The position numbers and the translations under genes were made by a program. A stretch of DNA of 64,000 bases, taken from positions 2,418,001 through 2,482,000 of the forward strand of contig OZ024757.1 of the NCBI GenBank assembly GCA_964016885.1. The letters are read 5' to 3'. The notes beneath the pieces were generated by a model, which had not been told where the DNA came from, did no database searches, and saw nothing but the letters and a program-made list of their open reading frames with translations. Positions 26,366 to 40,999 of the stretch are shown here, in pieces. This stretch comes from Eledone cirrhosa (lineage: Eukaryota). How positions within the stretch are numbered: the first letter of the stretch is position 1; each line of letters begins with the position of its first letter.

Positions 26366-27318
26366 CATGAGAAGAAAGAAGAATACTGCGTGGTTGCACA
26401 TGGGTTACATATGATAAAATTAGTCCCTCGTCAGTGATTTGCCAACTATCATTGATATTTCATCGCATTAAAAATCATATACCTCAGGTTGGTGCGAGCA
26501 ATAACTAAAAAAAGCTATTGGGACAAGTAAATCGCGTAAAGCGAGTGAGACAAGTAAACAACATAGAAGGATAAAAGCAAACCGAAGATAGGAAAATAAA
26601 CAAGCAACATGGTTATCCGGTCAGCATAAACTGGGTGGATTTCATGAGCGTTCAAGATACAGACCGTCCGACGTGAGTGAGATGTGAGCAATATATGATT
26701 GAATACATATGAAAATGAGGAATCTCATCGTTAGAACAGCTAAATGCTGTCAAAGTCAGCGATGGGCATAATTGCCTGAAAGGACAGAAACCAGCGGCCA
26801 GTGACCAATGGTCAACAGGAGACAATACACAAGGTGGGTGACAGGCAGATGAAATATAGAAGAGATTGAAAGATGAGGAGGACAAGAAGTGTGTTGGTTC
26901 ACAGAAGTTACTGGAAGAAGGAAATAAAGGTGACGTACAAGACAAGTTTACACAGATCTTCACCGTCGTAAATCTTTCTGTTGGTATGACGTATATGTGA
27001 TAAAACAAACAGCACACATAGAAGGACGAAAGAAGACAAATAAAATAAAACAATGTGATAGTGGACCTCAAGCTGTGGTGTCTGTCATATATTAGTATTC
27101 CACCTGTTTGTATTTATCTTAGTTGTGCAATACGCATTTGGTCGCTTTTCAGGGTGTCACACCTTTTTTAATTACCGTATTTCCCGGCGTCTAAGACGCT
27201 ACTTTTGTCCTAAAATAAATCTCAAAAATCTACCACGTGTCCTGGAGGCTGAAGGTTGTTTATTATTTTTTTTCAAATTTTTTGTTTTATTTAATTACAG
27301 TAATAATGGTTCCTTATA

Positions 27319-27519
27319 TAGGCACAAGGCCAGCAATTTTGGGGGAGGGGTAAGTCGATTAAATCGACCCCAGGACATTACTGGTACTATATTTTATCGG
27401 CCTTGTAAGGAGGAAAGGCAAAGTTAACCTCAGCGGAATTTGAACTTAGATCATAAAGGGCCATAACTCTATGCTGCAAAGCATGGCGTACGACTCTCTA
27501 CCGATTCTGCCAATCCACC
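27319..27519 (-). mobile_element. tRNA-head SINE, full length, with a further fragment at about 27570-27665
   Basis: Reverse complement of the family at 37824: tggcagaatcgg A box, gttcaaattcc B box, ggccttgtgcc tail. Confidence 0.8.
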
Positions 27520-27534
27520 AATCTTTTATTTACA

Positions 27535-27566
<32 letters not shown>

Positions 27567-27663
27567 TGTTTCTACTTTAGGCACAAGGCCAGCAAATTAC
27601 CCAGTGTATTAGTGGTACTTTATTTTATCGACTCCGCAAGGATGAAAGGTAAAGTCAACCTCG

Positions 27664-27694
<31 letters not shown>

Positions 27695-28639
27695 TCTTTA
27701 TTAACCACAAGGGTTTACATAAAGTAGACATTAAGGACAGTACAGGACAATACAGGACGGTACAAATGGGCATTTCTGCGTATAAAAAACAAAAACAGGA
27801 GATGTAATAAAAATAATAATGAAAAATTCCCCAATAGGGGGGAGACCTCGGAGGGACATTTGTGGAGAAAGCCCATTAAAAGGCCACAGTGACCCTGACC
27901 ACCAGGGCAAGTGCCCTCTCCCAGTTTTCCACCTTTAATTTATAGACACATACTCAGAGTATAATAATAATAATAGTGACAACAATTATAGCAAATTCAA
28001 GTCAATCTGAGTAATTTCAATCCAAATAAGAAGTCAGATTATTTCCACCATGCCTCATTTTTGTGCATTTCGGCTCGACATACAGGGCGACCTAAAAACC
28101 CTTACTGGCTCTTTAATCAGCTTTAGCTCAGTATCCAGGCAAGTGATTTTCACACTTAGACATTTTTTACCGTAGCCGTAACTATTTCGCATCCATTTCT
28201 TCAGTAAAATTATTATCGGTTAAGAAATGCACTCAAAATCTGATAAAAAGTTACATAAAAAGAAATCGAGCAATTTTTTAAGCTGCCATGTTTTTAATGT
28301 TCGGCTTCAAGTAACTCCTGATTACCATAACCGATTTTATTGCTATATTGATGTTATGCCTTATGTGCAATTTTGATTTCTCTAAAAAGTTTAAATTTTC
28401 TTTGAATCACTGTTATCACTGAATTATAACAAAGTTAAAGAACGGCAGTGCCAACATTATTGGTTACACTGCATGTTCATGTAAAGATGACTTTGTAAAT
28501 AATGGATCTATGACATTTTTCAAGGATTTTGGGTGTATTTCTCAGACAAATTGATTTGCAAAATTCAATGATTCGCAAAACTTATTTTTTCGCATTGTTT
28601 TATATTTAAGATACGTTTGTCAGATTCCTTTGTCATATC

Positions 28640-31600
28640 GTGCTCGCCACCTTGATGCCTAAAAAGAAGATGCCCTTATTAGGACTGACGCGATCTCAGA
28701 TAACAAAAAGAAGGAGGCTGACTGAGGCGTCGTTGAGCATTAGACAGCCTCAAATTGTGGGGTGTTCAGTGAATGCGACAGCTCTGTCTATCGATGGGCA
28801 TTGCTTGAGTCGATGTGCCAGAAATTCTGTTTCCATTGCATCTTCCCATGCAACTGAGAATGATGACGAGTGTTTACTTCGACACACCATAAATGCTTCT
28901 TCAACTGCATCCTCACATGCTGCAGTGAATAACGAGGAACGTCAAACTCGGCTTGCAAGAAATGCAAAGGCAAAAGCAGCTGCGCGAGCTGCAGAGAATG
29001 ATGTTCAACGTGATCTTCGGCAGCTATCCGAACTATTCGACTGGGGAGTGTGTTTCAGTATAAAGCCAATAAGCGGGGTATTTCGAGGGCTGCGAAATCA
29101 CAATGGTCATTGAAGGCTTTCAATTATATCCCCGCTAATAATTATGCTACACACCCTCATATTCAAATCGGCGGTATGTCTGAAATTTGCTAGTTTTGCA
29201 AAGCCAAAAAGTGGCCGGGTGAACCAGCCGGAGTGGTAAGGTCAACCAGTTGCTCTAATGGTAAGGTCAACTTGCACCCTCGGCCATTAAGACTTCTTCT
29301 TACATGCACCCATTCACAAGAGGTTTCCTTCAAGATATTCGACATTACAATTGTGCCTTCCAAATGACATCTTTTGGATATAGTTATGTGTATGAAGGTG
29401 GATTTATGCCCACTTTCAAAGTTCAAGGTCAGGTTTATCATCTTATCGGATCGCTGGAGCCTGTAGATAATAAAGAGACCCAATTTCTTCAGGTCTACTT
29501 CATGCCCAGCTGTCTTGAACAAGCTACAAGGCGAAATACATTTGCCTTCCCCAAAGAAAAAAACGCAAAACGCAATTGACTGTCCACAAGCAACAAGGAA
29601 ATACTCAATTGCTTCTGTCACTAGACTGGAGCTCCTTTTTGAACTTCAGGATATACTTCATACTCATAACAGCTACGTTCAGAGCTTCAAATACACGTTA
29701 GAAACAGCTCCTGTGGACAATTACTATGTCATCATTGATGCTGACCAGCGGCTATCTGGAGAACATGCAGGCCGCTATAATTCACCTTCTTTCAATGAGG
29801 TTGTAATACTTCTCGCTGGTGATCAGCACAACAGACGTGACATTGTTATCAAGCATCGCGACCACGGACTTCAACGGATCAGTGAGACACACAGATCAGT
29901 GACGCACTCCAATACCCGCTGCTTTTTGTATATGGAGAGGACGGATACCATTTTGGCATTCCACAATGTAAATCTACCAATTCAGAGGTTCATTCTACCA
30001 AAACAGTTTCATGCAAGGACTTCTATGCATTCCGATTCATGATCCGAGATGACTGTTTTAGTCACCTCCATCGCTCTAAAGACCTTTTCAACCAGTATGC
30101 AACTGACATGTGTGCAAAAATGGAATCTGAGAGATTGTGTTTTATCAAACTCAATCAAAAAAAGTTGCGTTGTGACAGTTACATATATCTTCGTGATGGA
30201 ATGAACAATGATGCGGATCCTGAGAGTCTTGGAAAAGTATGCATTCTGCCATCTACCTTTACGGGAAGCCCTCGATATATGCATGAAAGGACTCAGGACG
30301 CCATGACCATTGTACGACATTACGGCAGGCCAGACTTATTTATAACTTTTACTTGTAACCCCAATTGGAAGGAGATTGAGGGCGAACTCCTTCCTGGTCA
30401 GAAAGCCACACGCCGACATGATCTCGCGGCTAGAGTATTCCGTCTTAAGTTACTTAAGCTTATGGATCTTATCAAATTAGGTGAGGTTTTCGGACCAGTT
30501 CAATGTGACATGTACACAATCGAATGGCAAAAAAGGGGCCTCCCCCATGCTCATATTCTTATTTGGCTGACAACAAAGGTTAGTCCTAACGACATTGACA
30601 GGATCATCTCTGCAGAATTACCCGATCCTTCCACTGACAAGGACTTATACATGAAAGTTAGGACACATATGGTGCATGGTCCATGTGGGTCTGGCTTTAG
30701 AACTGATTTACCATGCGTTACAGGCAATAAGAGATGCACTAAAAAAATTTCCCCGTCAATTTATTCGCGATACTCAGACTGACAATGATGGCTATCCATT
30801 ATTTAGACGAATACGATGTGCGAATACGATGACTTCGCAAAATCATTGCTATACCTTCAGGTGCCATAATACTACACAAGGAAAAAAAAACATGGAGTCG
30901 CAGAAAGACTGGCTAACCAGTTATTGGAGTTCCTGGGATCAAATTCACTAATTGCTTGGGGCGAGTGTATACGATTCCTCCAAATCAACACGAGTGCTTC
31001 TATCTTCGAATGCTACTGCATGAGGTCAAAGGACCGACCAGTTTTCAGGACCTCAGGACTTACGGTAATCGTGTTTTGGTCTACATACAGAGATGCCTGT
31101 TTGGCTCGTGGAATGCTTGAAGATGACTCACGATGGGATGTAACCTTAGCGGAGATTGCTTCATCACACTCAGCTGGAAGCCTACGAGAGCTCTTTGCAA
31201 AGCTTCTTCACTTATGTTAACATTTGTGATCCCTACACATTATGGTTGAAGTTTCGGAACCAACTGTCTGAGGACTTCCTGCACCAGGCTCAACTACTAC
31301 TTCCTGACATAGAAGTAGATTTCAGTGATGATTTATACAATAAAGGGCTTATAGACATAGAGGACAGGATTTTCCTTATGGGTGGGAATGCCTTGCCAGC
31401 ATACGGTCTACCACAAACCCACCGCACTGATTCTAATAAAATTCCAACTCTCATCATCCAAGAAACATCTTATGATATCGAGACTCTAGCTAGATATGTG
31501 TTTGAAATGGAACCAAAACTACTTCCCGATCAGCAATTTGCATACAACACTATCACCGACTAAGTATTTCATCGATGGGGTGGTATCTTCTTTCTTGATG

Positions 31601-32876
31601 CCCCTGGAGGCACTGGAAAAACCTTTGTTACTAAACTTCTTCTTACCAAAGTTAGACAGAATGAAGTTATCGCAATAGCCGTTGCATCATCCGGTATTGC
31701 AGCAACACTACTTCCTGGCGGCAGGACAGCACACTCTACCTTTAAGCTTCCGCTTAACTTGGTATCAACACCGCTCTGTGACATCACCAAGGATAGTCCA
31801 AGAGCAGAACTCTGCGACGGTGCCAACTGATTGTGTGGGATGAATGCACCATGGCTCACAAAGGAGGTATTGAGGCCTTAGATAGAATACTGAAAGACAT
31901 TAGAGACCGTCAGGAGACCATGGGGGGTGTAACTCTTTTGCTTTCAGGGGACTTTCGACAAACTTTGCCGGTTATTCCAAAGGGCACCAGAGCGGATCAA
32001 GTTCGGGCCTGCCTGAAGTCTTCTCTATTGTGGCAACAGGTAATAACACTTCGTCTGACCACTAACATGCGTGTTCAACTGCATGGCGATACTGTGTCTG
32101 AAAAATTTGCTGAAGACCTTCTCATTCTTGGCAAGGGCAAAGTACCTTCAGATGTGCATGGAGACATTGCACTCGACAATATATGCTGTCTGGTTAACAC
32201 TGTCGAAGATCTCAAGGCAGCCGTTTTTCCCAACTTGGCAGATAATTACCGCAATCATACATGGCTGTGTGAGAGGGCTATATTAGCTCCTACAAATGTC
32301 ATTGTCTCCGCCAATAATCGCCAAATGCTTGAAAGTCTTCCTGGAAATGATAAGACTTTTAAGTCGATTGATACCAATGTTGATCCACATGATGCGGTCA
32401 ATTATCCCATTGAATTCCTCAATTAATTGGATATTCCCGGTCTACCTCAACATATTTTGTCTCTCAAGGAAGGATGTCCAGTTATACTTCTCAGGAATAT
32501 AACCCCTCCCAAGCTTTGCAATGGTACACGCCTTGTTGTCAATAGGATGTTACAGCACATTATTTATGTTACGATTATGTCGGGGTGTGGAAAAGGAAAA
32601 GATGTTTTAATACCTACGGTAACTCTTACTACATCAGGAGTGGATGCACCCTATTCTTTTAAAAGAACCCAATTTCCCCTTCGTGCTGCCTTTGCTATGT
32701 CCATCAACAAGTCCCAGGGTCAGACTTTATCTGTGGTAGGACTTCACCTGAAGGAGCCATGTTTTTCACATGGACAATTTTACGTTGGATGTTCTCGAGT
32801 TGGCAGCCGGAACAACCTCTTTGCTTTTGCTCCAAACGGAAAAACAAAGAATATTGTATACCGTGAGGTTTTATAG
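28640..32876 (+). mobile_element. Decayed autonomous Helitron: HUH Rep plus PIF1-family helicase, with multiple stops and frameshifts
   Basis: YNCAFQMTSFG, FKVQGQVYH, LPSTFTGSPRYM, PDLFITFTCNP, EWQKRGLPHAHIL (HUH), MVHGPCG. Helicase motifs FLDAPGGTGKT, ASSGIAATLLPGGRTAHSTFKLP, DECTM, GDFRQTLPV, NMRV, AILAPTN, QFPLRAAFAMSINKSQGQTL, FSHGQFYVGCSRV. Confidence 0.95.
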
Positions 32877-33159
32877 GGTTTTTGCGGTTCAAAATGGCAA
32901 TGTTACACAGACTGTCTTAAATATATAGCGTCTACGTAACCTGTATTCAGCATCGATGCAGTGCATTCTGTTGACACCTAGGCCTCTAAGGACCAGCATT
33001 GCTCGCAAATCAAAGCGGACTCTGAAATCGATGCTTTCGATTGTTAAGGACGCCCCTCCAGTCGCTGACAAGTCCGGCATTTAATACATAGACACACAAA
33101 ACTTGGCGCATACATACAAAGATTGTTCCCGTCATTTCTTTCATTGTTTCAATATGCAT

Positions 33160-33300
33160 GCCGACCTAGACAACACGCAACAGCAGCATTTCTGGTGCGT
33201 CGAAGTAAACTTTCGTCATCATTCTCAATTGCATGTGAAGATGCAATGGAAGCAGCATTTATGTTTTGTTGATTTCAGCGATTTTTTTGGTGAATATGGC
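33160..33300 (-). mobile_element. Diverged inverted copy of the Helitron N-terminal coding region
   Basis: Homologous to about 28820-28910 in the opposite orientation (track ORFs WCVEVNTRHHSQLHGKMQWKQ versus WCVEVNFRHHSQLHVKMQWKQ). Confidence 0.7.
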
Positions 33301-33613
33301 TTTTGCTGCAGTTGTCCATTTCGCATGCTGTGGCTGTCTATAATCTGCCCGTCAAACTCACCATGGGTATGTTATCAGCTCTTCATAGTTTATACTTAAA
33401 CATCTACGCTATTACATTGTCAATATTTTTTATCACAGGTGCGAACCTCTTTACACAAGAGACGACGACAATTTCTTTTTCTTTTCAACCTTGCCACCAG
33501 GAAGGAGGCTGGTCAAACATGAACTCAAAATTAAGGAAAAGAGAGACCACACACACACACACACATATATATATCTATGTATGTGTGCATATATATGCAC
33601 ACACACAAACTTG

Positions 33614-33646
<33 letters not shown>

Positions 33647-33647
33647 G

Positions 33648-33714
<67 letters not shown>

Positions 33715-34009
33715 ACACACACACACACAGACTCACATATATATACATATACACATACACACACACACATACACACACATACACACACATACACAGACAC
33801 ACACATATACATACACACACAGACACACACATACAGAGACACACACAAACATACACAGAAACACACACACACACACACACTCACATATATATACACATGC
33901 AGACACACACACATACACACACGTACACTGACTTAACCTTGCACAACAGGTCACATGACCGACTTTGACCCAACTCTTATAAACAATCTTGTTCCACCTC
34001 ATCAACATA

Positions 34010-35640
34010 AACATTCCCTCATTCCACCATCCTCCCATTCCACCATTCCACCATTCCACCACTCCACCATTCCGCCATCCTCCCATTCCACTATTCCACC
34101 ATTCCGCCATCCTCCCATTCCACCATTCCACCATTCCACCACTCCACCATTCCGCCATCCTCCCATTCCACCATTCCACCACTCCACCATTCCACCATCC
34201 TCCCATTCCACCATTCCACCATTCCAGCATTCCGCCATCCTCCCATTCCACCATTCCACCATTCCGCTATCCTCCCATTCCACCATTCCGCCATCCTCGC
34301 ATTCCCCCATTCCACCATCCTCCCATTCCCCCATTCCCCCACCCCCATTCCGCCATCCTCCCATTCCCCCATTCCCCCATTCCACCATTCCACCATTCCG
34401 CCATCCTCCCATTCCACCATTCCACCATTCCGCCATCCTCCCATTCCCCCATTCCCCCACCCCTCATTCCGCCATCCTCCCATTCCCCCATCCCCCCATT
34501 CCACCATTCCGCCATCCTTCCATTCCCCCATTCCCCCATTCCACCATTCCGCCAATCTCCCATTCCACCATTCCGCCATTCTCCCATTCCACCATTCCAG
34601 CATTCCGCCATCCTCCCATTCCACCATTCCAGCATTCCCCTATTCCACCATTCCGCCATCTTCCCATTCCACCATTCCACCATTCCACCATTCCACCATT
34701 CCACCATTCCACCATTCCCCTATTCCACCATTCCACCATCCTCCCATTCCACCATTCCAGCATTCCGCCATCCTCCCATTCCACTATTCCACCATTCCGC
34801 CATCCTCCCATTCCCCCATTCCACCATTCCACCATCCTCCCATTCCACCATCCTCCCATTCCACCATTCCACCATTCCGCCATCCTCGCATTCCTCCATT
34901 CCACCATTCCACCATCCTCCCATTCCACCATTCCACCATTCCCCCATTCCACCATTCCACTATCCTCCCATTCCCCCCATTCCACCATTCCGCCATCCTC
35001 CCATTCCACCATTCCACCATTCCGCCATCCTCCCATTCCACCATTCCACCATTCCAGCATTCCGCCATCCTCCCATTCCACCATTCCACCATCCTCCCAT
35101 TCCACCATTACACCATTCCCCCATTCCACCATTCCACCATCCTCCCATTCCACCATTCCAGCATTCCGCCATCCTCCCATTCCACCATTCCACCATTCCG
35201 CCATCCTCCCATTCCCCCATTCCACCATTCCGCCATCCTCCCATTCCCCCATTCCACGATTCCGCCAATCTCCCATCCACCATTCCACCATTCCACCATT
35301 CTCCCATGCCACCATTCTAGCATTCCGCCATCCTCCCATTCCACCATTCCCCCCATTCCACCATTCCACCATTCCCCTATTCCACCATTCCACCATCCTC
35401 CCATTCCGCCATTCCACTATTCCACCATTCCGCCATCCTCCCATTCCACCGTTCCCCCATTCCACCATTCCGCCATTCCGCCATCCTCCCATTACACCAT
35501 TCCACCATTCCACCATTCCCCCATTCGACCATTCTACCATCCTCCCATTCTGCCATTCCACCATTCCGCCATCCTCCCATTCGGTCATTCCACCATTCCA
35601 CCATCCTCCCATTCCGCTATTCCGCCATTCCACCATTCCA
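34010..35640. repeat. CCATT-based satellite of 8-mers (ccattcca, ccattccg, ccatcctc)
   Basis: Read directly; source of the PPFHHSTI and GGMVEW ORFs. Confidence 0.95.
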
Positions 35641-35672
35641 AAATAATATATCACATACCAAACCAGATCGTC

Positions 35673-36472
35673 TACTCTCGAATAATAGCGGGGTGGGTGT
35701 AGGTGGGGTGTGTGGAATAAGTGGTGGTGGTGGTGGAGGTGAGGTGTGTGTGATGGTGGTGGTGGTGGTGGTGGTGGTGGTGTGCGTGTGTGATGGTGGT
35801 GGTGGAGGTGATGTGTGTGTGTGATGGTGGTAGTGGTGGAGGTGGTGTGTGTGTCTGATGGTGGTGGTGGTGGAGGTGGGGTGTGTGTGATGGTGGTGGT
35901 GGTGGTGGTGGAGGTGGGGTGTGTGTGATGGTGGTAGTGGTGGAGGTGGTGTGTGTGTGTGATGGTGGTGGTGGTGGAGGTGGGGTGTGTGTGTGATGGT
36001 GGTGGTGGAGGTGGTGTGCGTGTGTGATGGTGGTGGTGGAGGTGGGGTGTGTGTGATGGTGGTGGTGGTGGTGGTGGTGGAGGTGGTGTGTGTGTGTGAT
36101 GGTGATGGTGATGGAGGTGGTGTGTGTGTGATGGTGGTGTTGAAAAATCAGTAATATTTCTAGGTTGTCTCCCTTGATTTTTAAAAACCAGAATTAGTTG
36201 TTTAGTTTACATATTGAGAGCCCAACCCATCCTATTTATTTTATAACATTTGGGATTTCTAGTAATGTACTTTGTTGTCATGTAGAATGTTTTCCAATGT
36301 CTAAAGAAAATTAATTGTCGCAGGAATGCTGCTACTTAAAATAAAACTTTGCCGGAGATAGATTAGGAAAATATAATAAGCTGGGTGGGGTGGGGTTGGA
36401 ATAAAAACAGGGTGGGGGGTCTGAGAAATTAATAAGCAGGGGTGGGTTGAGTGATTATTCGAGACACGAGAG
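35673..36472. mobile_element. Putative TA-flanked MITE containing a (GGT)n/(GT)n expansion
   Basis: Left end tactctcgaataa versus right end ttattcgagacacgagagta; a similar terminus, ttattggagacccgagagta, occurs at about 54922-54941. Confidence 0.45.
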
Positions 36473-36791
36473 TAAGAATTGTTTAGCTTTAATGAATAGC
36501 AACGACACCCATTAAACATAAATGAACCCTACCCTTTAGACATGAATCACTGACCCTTAATGAGATATTAACAGCTGACCAAATTAAACTAGTTTAGGGG
36601 TGTGGATATTTTCTTACAATAGGCGTCCATATTGAATTTAGTCTTAACTTGCTTTGATTTAGGAAAAAAATCTAGAAACAGGTTTGTTAATCCAAACACT
36701 TTATAGAGTTAATAAGATTTATTGTCAATATTTGGTGGGATTCCAGAAGAATCGAAACAAATCATTAACAATTTTATTATTTTGTGATAAT

Positions 36792-36969
36792 GGCGGTGGA
36801 TTGGCAGTATCGGTAGAGGGTCGGACGCCATGCTTTGACGCAAAGAGTTACGGCCCTTTCCATTCTGAGTTCAAATCCCGCCGAGGTTAAACTTTGCCTT
36901 ACGGGGTTGATAAAATAAAGTACCAGTAATACACTGGAATAATTGGTGGCCTTGTGCCTATAGTAGAAA
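36792..36969 (+). mobile_element. tRNA-head SINE
   Basis: A box tggcagtatcgg, B box gagttcaaatcc, core ggggttgataaaataaagtaccag. Confidence 0.8.
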
Positions 36970-37823
36970 TGTTATATATAAACATATTATATCAACTATA
37001 TTATATTATCTGTTTGCACACTTGTGGCTAATAAAGAAATATATATTATATTATCTGTTATATATAAACATGTCAACTATATTATATTATCTGTTATATA
37101 TGAACATATCTCAACTATATTATATTATCTGTTATATATAAACATATGTCAACTATATTATATTATCTGTTATATATAAACATGTCAACTATATTATATT
37201 ATCTGTTATATATAAACATATGTCAACTATATTATATTATCTGTTATATATAAACATATGTCAACTATATTTTATTATCTGTTATATATAAACATATTAT
37301 GTCAACTATATTTTATTATCTGTTATATATAAACATATGTCAACTATATTATATGATTTGTTATATATAAACATATGTCAACTATATTTTATTATCTGTT
37401 ATATATAAACATATGTCAACTATATTATATTATCTATTATATATAAACATATGTCAACTATATTATATTATCTTTTATATATAAACATATTATGTCAACT
37501 ATATTTTATTATCTGTTATATATAAACATATGTCAACGATATTATATTATCTGTTATATATAAACATATGTCAATTATATTATATTATCTGTTATATATA
37601 AACATATGTCAACTATATTATATTATCTGTTATATATAAACATATGTCAACTACATTATATTATCTGTTATATATAAACATATGTCAGCTATATTATATT
37701 ATCTGTTATATATAAACATATGTCAACTATATTATATTATCTGTTATATATAAACATATGTCAACTATATTATCTGTTATATATAAACTTATGTCAACTA
37801 CATTATATTATCTGTTATATATA

Positions 37824-38010
37824 GGGCGGTGGATTGGCAGTATCGGTAGAGGGTCAGACGCCATGCTTTCTAGCATAGTTATGTCCCTTTATGATCTGAG
37901 TTCAAATCCCGCCGAGGTTAACTTTGCCTTTCATCCTTACGGGGTCGATAAAATAAAGTACCAGTAATGTACTGGGTAATTGCTGGCCTTGTGCCAAAAA
38001 GTAGAAACAA
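37824..38010 (+). mobile_element. tRNA-head SINE inside the satellite (copy 1)
   Basis: A and B boxes plus core gcctttcatccttacggggtcgataaaataaagtaccag. Confidence 0.85.
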
Positions 38011-39086
38011 TTATATTATCGGTTATATATAAACATATGTCAACTATATTATATTATCTGTTATATATAAACATATGTCAACTATATTATATTATCTGTT
38101 ATATATAAACATATATCAACTACATTCTATTATCTGTTATTTATAAACATATGTCAACTATATTATATTATCTGTTATATATAAACATATGTCAACTATA
38201 TTTTATTATCTGTTATATGTAAACATATGTCAACTACATTATATTATCTGTTATATATAAACATATGTCAACTACATTATATTATCTGTTATATATAAAC
38301 ATATGTCAATTACATTATATTATCTGTTATATATAAACATACGTCAACTACATTATATTATCTGTTATATATAAACATATGTCAGCTACATTATATTATA
38401 TGTTATATATAAACATATGTCAACTATATATTATCTGTTATATATAAACATATGTCAACTATATTATATTATATGTTATATATAAACATATGTCAACTAT
38501 ATATTATCTGTTATATATAAACATATGTCAACTATATTTTATTATCTGTTATATATAAACATATGTCAACTACATTATATTATCTGTTATATATAAACAT
38601 ATGTCAACTATATTTTATTATCTGTTATATATAAACATATGTCAACTATATTTTATTATCTGTTATATGTAAACATATGTCAACTACATTATATTATCTG
38701 TTATATATAAACATATGTCAACTACATTATATTATCTGTTATATATAAACATATGTCAACTATATATTATCTGTTATATATAAACATATGTCAACTATAT
38801 TATATTATCTGTTATATATAAACATATGTCAACTATATTATATTATCTGTTATATATAAACATATGTCAACTACATTATATTATCTGTTATATATAAACA
38901 TATGTCAGCTATATTATATTATCTGTTATATATAAACATATGTCAACTATATTATATTATCTGTTATATATAAACATATGTCAACTATATTATATTATCT
39001 GTTATATATAAACATATGTCAGCTACATTATATTATCTGTTATATATAAACATATGTCAACTACATTATATTATCTGTTATATATA

Positions 39087-39273
39087 GGGCGGTGGATTGG
39101 CAGTATCGGTAGAGGGTCAGACGCCATGCTTTCTAGCATAGTTATGTCCCTTTATGATCTGAGTTCAAATCCCGCCGAGGTTAACTTTGCCTTTCATCCT
39201 TACGGGGTCGATAAAATAAAGTACCAGTAATGTACTGGGTAATTGCTGGCCTTGTGCCAAAAAGTAGAAACAA
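39087..39273 (+). mobile_element. tRNA-head SINE inside the satellite (copy 2, apparently identical to copy 1)
   Basis: Same sequence and flanks as 37824-38010, offset by 1263 bp. Confidence 0.85.
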
Positions 39274-40360
39274 TTATATTATCAGTTATATATAAACATA
39301 TGTCAACTATATTATATTATCTGTTATATATAGACATATGTCAACTATATTATATTATCTGTTATATATAAACATATATCAACTACATTCTATTATCTGT
39401 TATTTATAAACATATGCCAACTACATTATATTATCTGTTATATATAAACATATGTCAACTACATTATATTATATGTTATATATAAACATATGTCAACTAT
39501 ATATTATCTGTTATATATAAACATATGTCAACTATATTTTATTATCTATTATATGTAAACATATGTCAACTACATTATATTATCTGTTATATATAAACAT
39601 ATGTCAACTACATTATATTATCTGTTATATATAAACATATGTCAATTACATTATATTATTTGTTATATATAAACATATGTCAACTACATTATATTATCTG
39701 TTATATATAAACATATGTCAGCTACATTATATTATCTGTTATATATAAACATATGTCAACTACATTATATTATCTGTTATATATAAACATATGTCAACTA
39801 TATTTTATTATCTGTTATATATAAACATATGTCAACTATATTATATTATCTGTTATATATAAACATATGTCAACTATATTATATTATATGTTATATATAA
39901 ACATATGTCAACTACATTATATTATCTGTTATATATAAACATATGTCAACTACATTATATTATCTGTTATATATAAACATATGTCAACTATATTTTATTT
40001 TCTGTTATATATAAACATATGTCAACTATATTATATTATCTGTTATATATAAACATATGTCAACTATATTATATTATCTGTTATATATAAACATATGTCA
40101 ACTACATTATATTATCTGTTATATATAAACATATGTCAACTATATTATATTATCTGTTATATATAAACATATGTCAACTATATTATATTATCTGTTATAT
40201 ATAAACATATGTCAACTATATTATATTATCTGTTATATATAAACATATGTCAACTACATTATATTATCTGTTATATATAAACATATGTCAACTATATTAT
40301 ATTATCTGTTATATATAAACATATGTCAACTACATTATATTATCTGTTATATATAAACAT

Positions 40361-40726
40361 TAGATTGGACCTTAATTTTCAACTTTCTAAAGGTTTAGCT
40401 CCCACCTCCTATCTTGTTCCAATTAACAAAAAAAAAAACAGTCTATACAAAACTTTAGCTCAAGCTAACTGCCAGACGACCCCCATCGACCGTGAAAGTT
40501 TGAAGTTTTCGCCCGGAAAGTCATTTTTTCAGATAAACATTTTTTATCTCTTATATAATTTTCTCTTGTTCAGACTTATTCTTGGTATTAGAAGGCTAAA
40601 TGACAATAAATATAATGGGGAAACAACTTGCAAAGCTGGGAACAGAGCGCAGGTATAGGGCAAACACCTATGGGTGCAGCAACATTTTAACTTTCGGAAA
40701 ATTACCTATTGCTAAGGGCCACCCTA
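40361..40726. mobile_element. hAT-superfamily (hATm-like) MITE
   Basis: Termini TAGATTGGACCTTA and, as reverse complement, TAGGGTGGCCCTTA; 8-bp TSD ataaacat/atatacat (7 of 8 match). Confidence 0.65.
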
Positions 40727-40999
40727 ATATACATATATCCGTGTGTGGTTGACAGCTGAGAGAAATGAGTACTCGGTATTGAGTAATATATACATATATA
40801 CATATATACATATATGATATGTATATATATATACTCTCCTTACTTTCATATTTCTCCTCGTTCCCCTTATGTAATTATATTTGTATATAAACAAGTACAT
40901 AGATACACAGAGAAAGGGAGAGCAAGGAGAAAAGGAAAGTAAGGAGAGCAAGGAGAGTAAGGAGAAAAGGAGAGCAATGAGAAAAGGAGAGCAATGAGA

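Larger units (their letters stand above)
36970..40360. repeat. 38-bp AT-rich satellite (atatgtcaactatattatattatctgttatatataaac) with two embedded SINEs
   Basis: Unit read directly from the sequence. Confidence 0.95.

Noticed and set aside
17451-27260. Mariner/pogo-like terminal fragments at about 17452 and 27174
   Set aside because: Only one end is recognisable in each case, with no partner TIR or transposase.
36792-39273. tRNA genes
   Set aside because: A and B boxes are present but are followed by a SINE core and tail; no full cloverleaf.
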